DNA of 64,000 nt, taken from the IMG/VR virus record IMGVR_UViG_3300032675_000001, positions 124,001-188,000 of that record. One strand, 5' to 3'. Positions within the stretch are counted from its first letter, which is position 1; the number at the start of each line of letters is the position of its first letter. The notes below the pieces were generated by a model. The model had not been told where the DNA came from and did not search any database. It worked only from the letters and a program-made list of their open reading frames with translations. The translations under genes and the position numbers were made by a program. Positions 52,566 through 61,297 of this stretch are shown piece after piece.

Positions 52566-53762
52566 ATGTCAAAAGTACTATTAGAAAGCCGTTGGAGCGA
52601 AACAAAGGAAGCTCTGCTTGAAGGCTTAAAGGGCAATCGTCGCTCAACTATGGGTGTTATCCTTGAAAACACCAAAAAGCAGTTACTCGCAGAATCTTCT
52701 GCTGGCACGACTACTGCTGGTAATATCGCAACTCTAAACCGCGTTATCCTTCCAGTTATTCGCCGTGTTATGCCAACTGTTATCGCAAACGAACTCGTAG
52801 GTGTTCAGCCAATGACTGGTCCAGTCGGTCAAATCCACACTCTCCGTGTACGTTACGCTCAGTCATTGACTGACAACTCAGCAGCACAGACTTCAGTCGT
52901 TGCTGGTGAAGAAGCACTTTCACCATTCAAGATCGCACAGGCATACTCACGTGTGACTGAAGCAACTTCAAGCACTAACTACTACACTGGTGCTGATACT
53001 GCTACTCTTGAAGGTGACGGCGGTAAGCAAATCTCCGTGCAGATTCTCAGACAGGCTGTTGAAGCCAAGTCACGTAAGCTCCAAGCTCGTTGGACTTTTG
53101 AAGCTGCTCAGGACGCTCAATCACAGCATGGTATTGACGTTGAAGCAGAAATCATGGCAGCACTTGCACAGGAAATCACTGCTGAAATCGATCAGGAAAT
53201 CTTGCTTTCATTGGCAACTCTTGCATCAACTGAATACACTTACAACCAAGCAACTGTATCAGGTACTGCTACTTACGTTGGTGACGAACACGCTGCTCTT
53301 GCTGTTCTTATCAACCGCGTTGCAAACTTGATTGCACAGCGCACTCGTCGTGGTGCAGGTAATTGGGCTGTTGTTTCACCAGCTTCATTGACTGTTCTTC
53401 AGTCAGCAACTACCTCAGCATTTGCTCGTACAACAGAAGGTACATTTGAAGCTCCAACTAACACTAAGTTCGTTGGTACTTTGAACGGTGCAATGCGCGT
53501 ATTCGTTAACTCATATGCTCCTGACACTCAGCCAGTTCTGGTTGGTTATAAGGGTTCATCTGAAACTGACGCAGCAGCATTCTACTGCCCATACATTCCG
53601 TTGATGTCATCTGGCGTTGTCCTTGATCCGTCAACTTTCGAACCAGTCGTTTCGTTCATGACGAGATACGGATACATAGAATTGACAAATACTGCGTCAT
53701 CGTTTGGTAATGCCGCCGACTACGTTGGGGAAATTGCAGTTTCTAACCTTACTTTTCAGTGA
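52566..53762 (+). CDS. Major capsid protein, T4 gp23-like
   Basis: VGVQPMTGP.G.I, AKSRKL.A.WT.E.AQD, EI..EID.E, FYCPYIPL and TRYG motifs; strong codon bias. Confidence 0.95.
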   Translation: MSKVLLESRWSETKEALLEGLKGNRRSTMGVILENTKKQLLAESSAGTTTAGNIATLNRVILPVIRRVMPTVIANELVGVQPMTGPVGQIHTLRVRYAQSLTDNSAAQTSVVAGEEALSPFKIAQAYSRVTEATSSTNYYTGADTATLEGDGGKQISVQILRQAVEAKSRKLQARWTFEAAQDAQSQHGIDVEAEIMAALAQEITAEIDQEILLSLATLASTEYTYNQATVSGTATYVGDEHAALAVLINRVANLIAQRTRRGAGNWAVVSPASLTVLQSATTSAFARTTEGTFEAPTNTKFVGTLNGAMRVFVNSYAPDTQPVLVGYKGSSETDAAAFYCPYIPLMSSGVVLDPSTFEPVVSFMTRYGYIELTNTASSFGNAADYVGEIAVSNLTFQ

Positions 53763-53802
53763 AATATCAGATACTTACACAATCAACACAGTAAGAAAAA
53801 TG

Positions 53803-53828
53803 GAAAAGGGGGCTTCGGTCCCCTTTTC
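53803..53828 (+). terminator. Rho-independent terminator after the capsid gene
   Basis: GAAAAGGGGGC-TTCG-GTCCCCTTTTC (cUUCGg loop). Confidence 0.85.
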
Positions 53829-53830
53829 TA

Positions 53831-53859
53831 TTGACAAAACCACAAAACTATAGTATTAT
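53831..53859 (+). promoter_or_regulatory. Sigma70-type promoter upstream of the HNH gene
   Basis: TTGACA-17 nt-TATTAT. Confidence 0.6.
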
Positions 53860-53894
53860 TTATTGGAAAGTGAGATTCTGGAATAAATAATATT

Positions 53895-54650
53895 ATGTTC
53901 AAAGAAAACAAATACACCAAACATTACATGCTTCTCATCGATAATGCAAGAAATCGTAAACTTCCACTAGAGCAGTATAAAGAACGCCATCACATCATAC
54001 CCCAATCATTAGGCGGCTCGAATGATAAATCTAATTTAGTTTGGCTTACTGGACGAGAACATGCACTTTGTCATTGGGCACTATTAAAGATGACAGAAGG
54101 AGAAAATCGTGCTAAAATGTCATATGCATTTAATGGAATGAACGCAGAGAATGAGTTCCAACAGAGATACCATTCTCGAATTATAACGCGAGCATATGAA
54201 CGGCATCGGATTGAACATGCTAAAGTACATTCTGAAAGAATGAAGGGTAAAACTGCGTGGAACAAAGGCAGAAAATTGGAAGGCGAAGAGTTAGAACAGC
54301 ACCTAGAACGAACACGTAACAGAATTATTGATCCAGTTAAACAGGCTGAGGGGCAATTAAAAAGGATTGCTAAAGTAACTGGCCAAAAACGCACAGAAGA
54401 AACAAAAATAAAAATGAGTATTGCTTCAACAGGTAAACTAAAGGGAGCAATGTCAGATGATCATAAAGCCGCCATAAGTGCAAGCGGGAAGGGTAAACCT
54501 AAGAAAGAAGGACATGCTGAAAATGTTCGTAAAGCCAACATAGGTAACGTGTCTATTAACAAAAATGGGATTGAGAAAAAAGTCAAACGTGATACTCTTG
54601 ATCAGTGGTTGAGTGAAGGCTGGAGTCTAGGCGGAAGGAAAAGAAAATGA
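53895..54650 (+). CDS. HNH homing endonuclease (Mob-like) with NUMOD3-like repeats
   Basis: ERHHIIPQSLGGSN...NLV.LT.REH...H; AWNKG and RTEETK.KMS motifs. Confidence 0.85.
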   Translation: MFKENKYTKHYMLLIDNARNRKLPLEQYKERHHIIPQSLGGSNDKSNLVWLTGREHALCHWALLKMTEGENRAKMSYAFNGMNAENEFQQRYHSRIITRAYERHRIEHAKVHSERMKGKTAWNKGRKLEGEELEQHLERTRNRIIDPVKQAEGQLKRIAKVTGQKRTEETKIKMSIASTGKLKGAMSDDHKAAISASGKGKPKKEGHAENVRKANIGNVSINKNGIEKKVKRDTLDQWLSEGWSLGGRKRK

Positions 54651-55165
54651 CTAAAGAAACCTCTGAGGAAAAATTAATACGATATATCAAACGTGATTCA
54701 CTAGATGTAGTAAGGGATCATTATTTTAATACTAGATGGACCTCATACAAAGAGTTAATGGCATATATCAAATCAGCCGGATGGACTAGAGGAGAGTTAG
54801 TTAAAGCTGACCGCCCGAAAGGGAGAGGGGAAGCACGTTGGGAAAAGCAAAGTTTGTATTGGTATCTGACTGGAGGTCCAGATTATTATGATACTATCCC
54901 CGATGACGAAATAGCTGCGTTTGAAGGAGCGATATGTAACAACCTACCAACGATTGTTGTCACGTATCATGGACCATATGAATCGGAAATTATATACAAC
55001 CCCACATTCAAACGTTTATTGCGGTGTGTCAGGGAATCTATTTACGTGAATAAGGACCCGGATCACTGTGGTATAGGTAGGCTGCCTGATGTTGAAATAT
55101 TTGATGATGGCGGAGTCAATCAAGATATCAGATATCAAGTCATAACTTTTTCAATGGATAGCTAA
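54647..55165 (+). CDS. Hypothetical protein
   Basis: ATGA overlap with the HNH gene; no recognisable motif. Confidence 0.6.
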   Translation: MTKETSEEKLIRYIKRDSLDVVRDHYFNTRWTSYKELMAYIKSAGWTRGELVKADRPKGRGEARWEKQSLYWYLTGGPDYYDTIPDDEIAAFEGAICNNLPTIVVTYHGPYESEIIYNPTFKRLLRCVRESIYVNKDPDHCGIGRLPDVEIFDDGGVNQDIRYQVITFSMDS

Positions 55166-55167
55166 CA

Positions 55168-55323
55168 ATGAACAAAAAATTACCACAGTGGAAAGACCGA
55201 GTAGTTGCTGAGAACATACAGGAACTATCAGATCAGGAACTGGCTTCTAGAGTACAACAACATCATGCTGCATGTGTAGCAATTATGAAAAAAATCAAGA
55301 GATTCACCGATGAAAATAAGTGA
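55168..55323 (+). CDS. Small hypothetical protein (51 aa, MNKKLPQWKDRVVAE...)
   Basis: Fills the gap between its neighbours; too short for the ORF track. Confidence 0.45.
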   Translation: MNKKLPQWKDRVVAENIQELSDQELASRVQQHHAACVAIMKKIKRFTDENK

Positions 55324-55618
55324 TTTGTTGACTGAATCAGCAGACTCTATTGCCACATACCTTGCTATTCTAGGACATGACATTGTTTATTATGAGAATG
55401 GTTCCTCTTCGATCAAATCACAGTACATGGACAATCCCACATCAAATAATAAAATGGCAGCAAAAGCCATTCTGAATGACGTTAATCTCAAGATTCTTAC
55501 GTTAATCAGCGACATCGATTTGTGGAACAGATTTGAGGAAGACCCTGACGTGGAAATGATATATAACCGGTTTGTCAACCTTTATAATCAAAACAATGAC
55601 TATATTGAGTCATTGTGA
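55310..55618 (+). CDS. Hypothetical protein with an N-terminal MKISDLLTE tag
   Basis: ORF whose N-terminus nearly matches that of the downstream kinase-like protein. Confidence 0.55.
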   Translation: MKISDLLTESADSIATYLAILGHDIVYYENGSSSIKSQYMDNPTSNNKMAAKAILNDVNLKILTLISDIDLWNRFEEDPDVEMIYNRFVNLYNQNNDYIESL

Positions 55619-55672
55619 CGAGAGTACGTATACATTGGCACGGTGATAACTGTAAACAACGATAAATACACT

Positions 55673-56245
55673 ATGCGTATATCAGAACTCCTCACCGAAT
55701 CAGAAATGTTAGATGAAATCAGCCGTCCCTCGGGCAGAATGGCACAGCATATTTTAAAAAAAGCTGGTTACACTGTGTTAGGTAGTGGTTCAAATGCTGA
55801 CGTATATGCCAAACCTAACGAAAACACGGTTCTTAAATTGTTCAACAATGAAGACACAGCATATCAAGATTTCGTATACTTAACTATTAGTAACCCTAAT
55901 CCGCACTTCCCGAAATTCAAGGGGAAGATGATGAAAGTTACTGATGACTATTCTGCTATTCGTATGGAAAGATTGACTCCTTTACCGGACAATTACGAAA
56001 CAAGATTGTACGCTACGAGAATCTCGCTCTACACAAAACTGATTCAGAACAAATCAGGTCGTGCAGCTAATATGAATACCGAAGAAATAATGCGAGACAT
56101 TGATGAGATTGAAAAAGAACAACCCGGCATCAAATATGCTTGTGCCATCATAGGTAACAATCTCAAAAAGGAAATAATAGACATTCATAATGAGAACATT
56201 ATGATGCGTGGAAATGTTTTGGTCATCACCGATCCGGCCATTTAA
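55673..56245 (+). CDS. Protein-kinase-like protein (probable start 55673, MRISELLTE)
   Basis: Gly loop LGSGSNADVY, VLK, MERL, DIHNENIM catalytic loop, ITDP; late box 4 nt upstream of the ATG. Confidence 0.7.
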   Translation: MRISELLTESEMLDEISRPSGRMAQHILKKAGYTVLGSGSNADVYAKPNENTVLKLFNNEDTAYQDFVYLTISNPNPHFPKFKGKMMKVTDDYSAIRMERLTPLPDNYETRLYATRISLYTKLIQNKSGRAANMNTEEIMRDIDEIEKEQPGIKYACAIIGNNLKKEIIDIHNENIMMRGNVLVITDPAI

Positions 56246-56257
56246 CTAAATATAAAA

Positions 56258-56875
56258 ATGGTAGAAACTGAATTTTACTACATTGATGCACCGCCATACT
56301 CAATGTCAAATGAACTGTTAAACTCATTTGCTGATTACGATTATGCACTGGGAGTACTTCCATTGTGGTGTGGAGTAAATCAGTTCAACAACCAGCAAGA
56401 AAACGTAACGGGTAATACTATATCAGAGTTATATAGAAAAACCACGTTATTCAATGATCAGGAAGCATTCAATCAGATACGATTGAAATGTATGAACCAA
56501 TTCATATTAAATACGATGCTAATCCTCCTTCATCAAAATGCGAATGTTATGTGTGCTGCTCCTGCACACAGACATGGAGGACGAAGAAAAGAAAATGCTA
56601 CCGAATTATTTGATTCTATGCGCTGTGTAACGGTGGTCATTCCTACTAATACTTATGGGCCGTCAACTTCATATTTTTGGGCAAACTATCAGGATGAAGT
56701 ACCCCATGATCCGACCGATCAAACTATAAAAGGGCATATACAAAAAATAAAAATGCCAGACCCCGGCCAGTATCTTATACTAGATTTTGATTCGGTTAAG
56801 ACATTGCATGGAGTGGATAACAGCCTTGGTAACAAAAATGAGTTTCTGTGCTTAATGGCAGAAACTTTCTATTGA
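56258..56875 (+). CDS. Putative 2OG-Fe(II) dioxygenase/cupin-like protein
   Basis: PAHRH proximal motif and distal F....LHGVDN motif. Confidence 0.4.
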   Translation: MVETEFYYIDAPPYSMSNELLNSFADYDYALGVLPLWCGVNQFNNQQENVTGNTISELYRKTTLFNDQEAFNQIRLKCMNQFILNTMLILLHQNANVMCAAPAHRHGGRRKENATELFDSMRCVTVVIPTNTYGPSTSYFWANYQDEVPHDPTDQTIKGHIQKIKMPDPGQYLILDFDSVKTLHGVDNSLGNKNEFLCLMAETFY

Positions 56876-56888
56876 GCGATCACGCTTA

Positions 56889-57257
56889 TCATGCGACTAT
56901 AGTATCCCCATCCACAGTGGTATCTAGTATTGATTTTCTTCCGGTTCTGATTTGTTTATTGTGAATCCTGCTGCAGTTGGCACACATTGTCATCAAATTT
57001 GATACGTCTTTGTTCTTCTTGTTTCCATCCTTGAAAACTAGATCAAGCTGCACTCTGTCTTCGGGAACGAATCCACATTGTTCACATATGTTACCTTTAT
57101 GCTGGAGGTGATTAAATCTACCATTGTATAAGGCTTTGGCGCAATCTACGCAATATTTGTGCCATTGCTGGAATCCGTGTTTGCTTTTTCCATTAGGTTT
57201 AGCAAGAGCAAAACCACAATGTGCACATATGGGACGAGGTTTTTGGTTGGTAATCAT
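56889..57257 (-). CDS. Zn-finger protein with a degenerate HNH fold (probable start 57257)
   Basis: Four CxxC pairs; LDLVFKDGNKKN...NL.T.CANC.R.H. Confidence 0.65.
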   Translation of the reverse strand: MITNQKPRPICAHCGFALAKPNGKSKHGFQQWHKYCVDCAKALYNGRFNHLQHKGNICEQCGFVPEDRVQLDLVFKDGNKKNKDVSNLMTMCANCSRIHNKQIRTGRKSILDTTVDGDTIVA

Positions 57258-57344
57258 CATGTATTTAGGAGAACTGTAGTTCTTTTTTCCGACTTTCAAA
57301 AAACCAAAAAACTATAAATAGTATAAACATAATGGAATCAATAC

Positions 57345-59213
57345 ATGACAGCACAGGTTTTTAATTCGTTAAGTGGTTATTCAGTCGGTATTCCGCCTGT
57401 AACAGTAGTTGACGCTAATGGAAATGTTGTTACTAACGTTTTTACATCTGGAAATGTGTTCGCTAACGTAGTGTATGCAAACACATTTAAATTTTCCAAT
57501 GGACAACCTCTTTCAATATCTGCTGCAGGTTCTAATACGCAGGTCCAGTTTAATAGTAATGGTCAACTTGGTGCAGATGCCAATTTCACGTACACCACTG
57601 ACGGAGAACTTCTCGGGGTAGCGAACATAATTGTTTCGTCTCACACGAATCTTGGAAGCATATCAAATGTTACTATTACCGGTGGCAACAATGGGTACTT
57701 CCTACAAACAGATGGTACTGGAAATTTAACTTGGGCACCAGCAAGCGGTGGCGGGGGCGGAAACGGTTCACCTGGAGGAGCAAACTCGCAAGTTCAGTTT
57801 AACAATGATGGTAATTTTGGAGGTTTTCCTGGGTTCATATTTAATACGACAACATCAACACTGAATTCACCAAACATTACTGCCAACACCATTACTGGTA
57901 ATGTAATAACTTCAAACAGCTTTACTGGGAATTATCTAAGTCAATCCCTGCAATCCAATATAACTTCATTGGGAAATCTAACCTCACTGACAGTTGATGG
58001 CAATGCTTCTTTCGTTGGACCAGGAAAAGTATCACTTGGTTCAGTTTCAAACATTAGTATTACTGGTGGATTCAATGGTTATGTTTTAACTACCGATGGT
58101 ACTGGTAATCTTACTTGGGAAAATCCAGGCAGTGGACAAGGTAATCCGGGTGGTTCAAACACTACTATTCAGTATAACAACAATGGAAATTTTGCTGGTT
58201 CAAATGCTTTTATTTTCAATAGTGTATCAAACTCAGTAACTCTAACTGGAAACCTAACTACAAAAAATATAACATCTAATAACCAAACGGTTTATGGTGT
58301 CATCAACGTAACCGAGAACATAAGTGTTGCTGGATACTACTATGGAGATGGAAGTTACATATCAAATATTCAGGCTAATTTGGCAAACTATGTTTCTCAG
58401 CCATCACAGCCAAATATAACCAGCGTAGGGACATTACTCACTCTATCAGTAACTGGAAACATTCTTACTTCCCAGTACGTAAGTGCAGGAGGCTTCCAGA
58501 CTTCCGGTAGCGTAAATTCTGGATCAATAAACACAAGTGGTATAGCAACTATACACACTTTGAATTCCGTAGGAAACGCAACATTTAGTGGACCAAATGT
58601 AAATCTAGGAAACGTCTCAAATCTTCATATTGAAGGTGGTTTAAATGGATATTTCCTTCAAACTGACGGTCTAGGTGGATTAAGTTGGCAGTCTGTAGGA
58701 AGCGGAGGAGGAAACGCCATTCCGGGCGGTGGTAATACCCAAATTCAATATAACAATGCCGGAAATTTTGCTGGAAGCAGTTACTTCACTTTCAATGATA
58801 ATACAAACACAGTACAAGTTGCCGGAACGTTGATAGCCAATGTAGTACAAGTGGGGTCTGGTTCCTATCAGTTTGGAACATCCGAAGTCTATTTTGCAAA
58901 CAGTTCATCAACTTCAACGCAAGTTATATACACTATTCCAGTATCAGCATGTTCTGGTGTTGACTTTGAAATAATCGCAACGGACTCGGTTGGTCAGCGC
59001 AGACAGTCGGCAAAGTTCTCTTCACTGTATTATGCTGGGGTAGTTGAATACAGCGAATATGCAGGATTGAATATTAATGGAGGAATAGGAAACTTTCAAG
59101 TAGTGTATAATCCAGGTAATGTACTTGTTGCTCCATCACTGGATATGCAAGTAACACCATTCACTTCCGATCCGGTGGTATATAAGATGTTAATAACCAT
59201 ATTGGCCAATTAA
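57345..59213 (+). CDS. Tail fibre-like virion protein
   Basis: Repeats ITGG.NGY.LQTDG.GNL.W (x3) and GxNxQxQ(F/Y)N (x4); Asn/Gly/Thr-rich. Confidence 0.7.
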   Translation: MTAQVFNSLSGYSVGIPPVTVVDANGNVVTNVFTSGNVFANVVYANTFKFSNGQPLSISAAGSNTQVQFNSNGQLGADANFTYTTDGELLGVANIIVSSHTNLGSISNVTITGGNNGYFLQTDGTGNLTWAPASGGGGGNGSPGGANSQVQFNNDGNFGGFPGFIFNTTTSTLNSPNITANTITGNVITSNSFTGNYLSQSLQSNITSLGNLTSLTVDGNASFVGPGKVSLGSVSNISITGGFNGYVLTTDGTGNLTWENPGSGQGNPGGSNTTIQYNNNGNFAGSNAFIFNSVSNSVTLTGNLTTKNITSNNQTVYGVINVTENISVAGYYYGDGSYISNIQANLANYVSQPSQPNITSVGTLLTLSVTGNILTSQYVSAGGFQTSGSVNSGSINTSGIATIHTLNSVGNATFSGPNVNLGNVSNLHIEGGLNGYFLQTDGLGGLSWQSVGSGGGNAIPGGGNTQIQYNNAGNFAGSSYFTFNDNTNTVQVAGTLIANVVQVGSGSYQFGTSEVYFANSSSTSTQVIYTIPVSACSGVDFEIIATDSVGQRRQSAKFSSLYYAGVVEYSEYAGLNINGGIGNFQVVYNPGNVLVAPSLDMQVTPFTSDPVVYKMLITILAN

Positions 59214-59251
59214 CCCGAACAGATAAATATTAGATAGCACAGGACAGTAAT

Positions 59252-60934
59252 ATGGCAATCAAACCACTAAATTCAGTCGCAGGTTTCTCAACAGGAGCTA
59301 ATGCTAATGTTGTCATTGATGCTAACTCGAATTTTGCTGCAAGCAATCTTGCAGTAGCTGGTATTAGTAATTTAAACAATGTCGGAAATGTAAAAATTGG
59401 TGGAGGTTTCCCCGGTCAAATATTACAAACTGATGGAGCAGGAAATTTATCTTGGCAAAACGGAAGTCAGTCAACCGCCGACTACATAATTTATGTTTCA
59501 GTTAACGGCTCAGACACAAATGATGGAAGTTTCAACTCGCCATTCCAGACTATCAAAGCCGCACTGGCTGCTGCTTATACACTATCAGAAATGGGAACTC
59601 TCACGGTTTCTGTCCATGTAGAACCGGGAACATATACCGAAGATATGCCAATCACTATCACTCCTAACGTGTCCTTGATGGGTGACAATATTAGAAGTGT
59701 ATATATACAGCCTGCCGATCCAACCAAAGACATGTTTTATATGACAAATGGGTCATATGTTTGGGGCATAACAATACAGAATTATACAAGTACAGCTTTT
59801 AGTTATAATCCGGATGGTAGTACTTGTGCTACGTATGGTTCTGTGTTTAATTCTCCCTATATACAAAACGTAAGTTCTTACACTACAATACCTTTTCTGT
59901 ATATAACAAATACTACATCAACTAGTGGGCAATTTAGTGCTCCGTCTACTCAACCGGCACCATGGCCAGAAGTTGGAGATAAAGTATTAGTTACGGGTCA
60001 GTTAACTGGTACAGCCACGATAGAAGGGTATATATCAAATACGGTATATTATGTAGTAGCAAGCACACCTGGAGAAACTTTCACGTTATCCGAAACATCG
60101 GGTGGTCCACCAATCACAACCACAGAAGGTACAACTGATGGGCTGACGTTTAATTATTATGTATTTGGTGGTCTTTGTGTTAGTATTGATGGTAGCTTAG
60201 TTGACGAATACAGCACGAAAGCCATGATTTTGGGATTCATTACAATATTGAATCAAAATGGAACTGGATTGTATTTACTTAACGAAGGGTACAGCCAAGC
60301 AGTCAATATCTATACTCTCTATACTGATATTGGCGTAAAAGTTGATTCAGGAGCGTTCATTACATTAAATGCTTGTGACTGTGGTGTTGGTAACTATGGT
60401 CTTATTGCCAATGGTGTTGGAAGTCTTCAAACTACAGGAACAACGGTAGGAACTAGTACTGCCGGAACATTCATCGTAAACAACCTATCAAATGGTCAGC
60501 CATTTGTTAATACAGTCATGCAAGTTGAGGGCGATCCTAATTATTATACCATTGATACTATCATTCCAATAGATGCTCTTACAAGTACTGTAATCATTCA
60601 GCAGGTTTACAATAATGTAGTACCGGCTGGGACCACATTAACCTTTTATACTCGTAGCGCCATTATTGCTAGTGCTCACACATTTGAATATGTAGGTGCA
60701 GGAGTAACTTATGCAGGATTGCCTCAGTATGGTGGTATTCCGAAAGAAGAAAATGAAGTTATACAGACTAATGGAGGAGTTGTAACGTTTACTAGTACAG
60801 ATCACAAAGGTAATTTTAAAGTTGGAGCAGGATTCACTATTAACCAAGCCACGGGAAGTATAACAGGTAACGATTTTTATGAAAGTTTGTTTGCTGAAAT
60901 GACCCCGTTCATACTGGCATTAGGCTCAGATTGA
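59252..60934 (+). CDS. Virion fibre/spike protein with a pectin-lyase-like beta-helix
   Basis: YVSVNGSDTNDGS...PF.TI.AA, V.PG.Y.E, SL.GD.IR, SPYIQN and STDH.GNF.VG motifs. Confidence 0.65.
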   Translation: MAIKPLNSVAGFSTGANANVVIDANSNFAASNLAVAGISNLNNVGNVKIGGGFPGQILQTDGAGNLSWQNGSQSTADYIIYVSVNGSDTNDGSFNSPFQTIKAALAAAYTLSEMGTLTVSVHVEPGTYTEDMPITITPNVSLMGDNIRSVYIQPADPTKDMFYMTNGSYVWGITIQNYTSTAFSYNPDGSTCATYGSVFNSPYIQNVSSYTTIPFLYITNTTSTSGQFSAPSTQPAPWPEVGDKVLVTGQLTGTATIEGYISNTVYYVVASTPGETFTLSETSGGPPITTTEGTTDGLTFNYYVFGGLCVSIDGSLVDEYSTKAMILGFITILNQNGTGLYLLNEGYSQAVNIYTLYTDIGVKVDSGAFITLNACDCGVGNYGLIANGVGSLQTTGTTVGTSTAGTFIVNNLSNGQPFVNTVMQVEGDPNYYTIDTIIPIDALTSTVIIQQVYNNVVPAGTTLTFYTRSAIIASAHTFEYVGAGVTYAGLPQYGGIPKEENEVIQTNGGVVTFTSTDHKGNFKVGAGFTINQATGSITGNDFYESLFAEMTPFILALGSD

Positions 60935-60950
60935 TGAAGAAGGAAAAACC

Positions 60951-61295
60951 ATGCCAGCAGCATTAAATAATTTCAAAACAACATTAGCAAACATAACGAC
61001 TGCAACCGCCAACGTGTATACACCTCCTGTTGGATACGCAACTGTAGTTTTGATGGCACAAGTAAGTAATAATGGAGATGAAACGATACAGATATCTGCT
61101 GGCGTAAACAGAGGTGGAAATACTACAGCACTTATAAATGGAGCTAGTGTCCCTGTAAATGATGCCATTACGGTTCTTACGGGAAGGTTAATTCTACAAT
61201 TTGGTGACACGTTACAATTCACTAGTAGTGATAATACTAGTGCACAATTAGTTTTGAGTTATCTGGAAACTCTGGTAACAGGTAGCGGCGGATAA
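60951..61295 (+). CDS. Small virion structural protein
   Basis: YT.P.G..TVV.....N...G.L.L..GD.L pattern, within the fibre cluster. Confidence 0.55.
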   Translation: MPAALNNFKTTLANITTATANVYTPPVGYATVVLMAQVSNNGDETIQISAGVNRGGNTTALINGASVPVNDAITVLTGRLILQFGDTLQFTSSDNTSAQLVLSYLETLVTGSGG

Positions 61296-61297
61296 AA

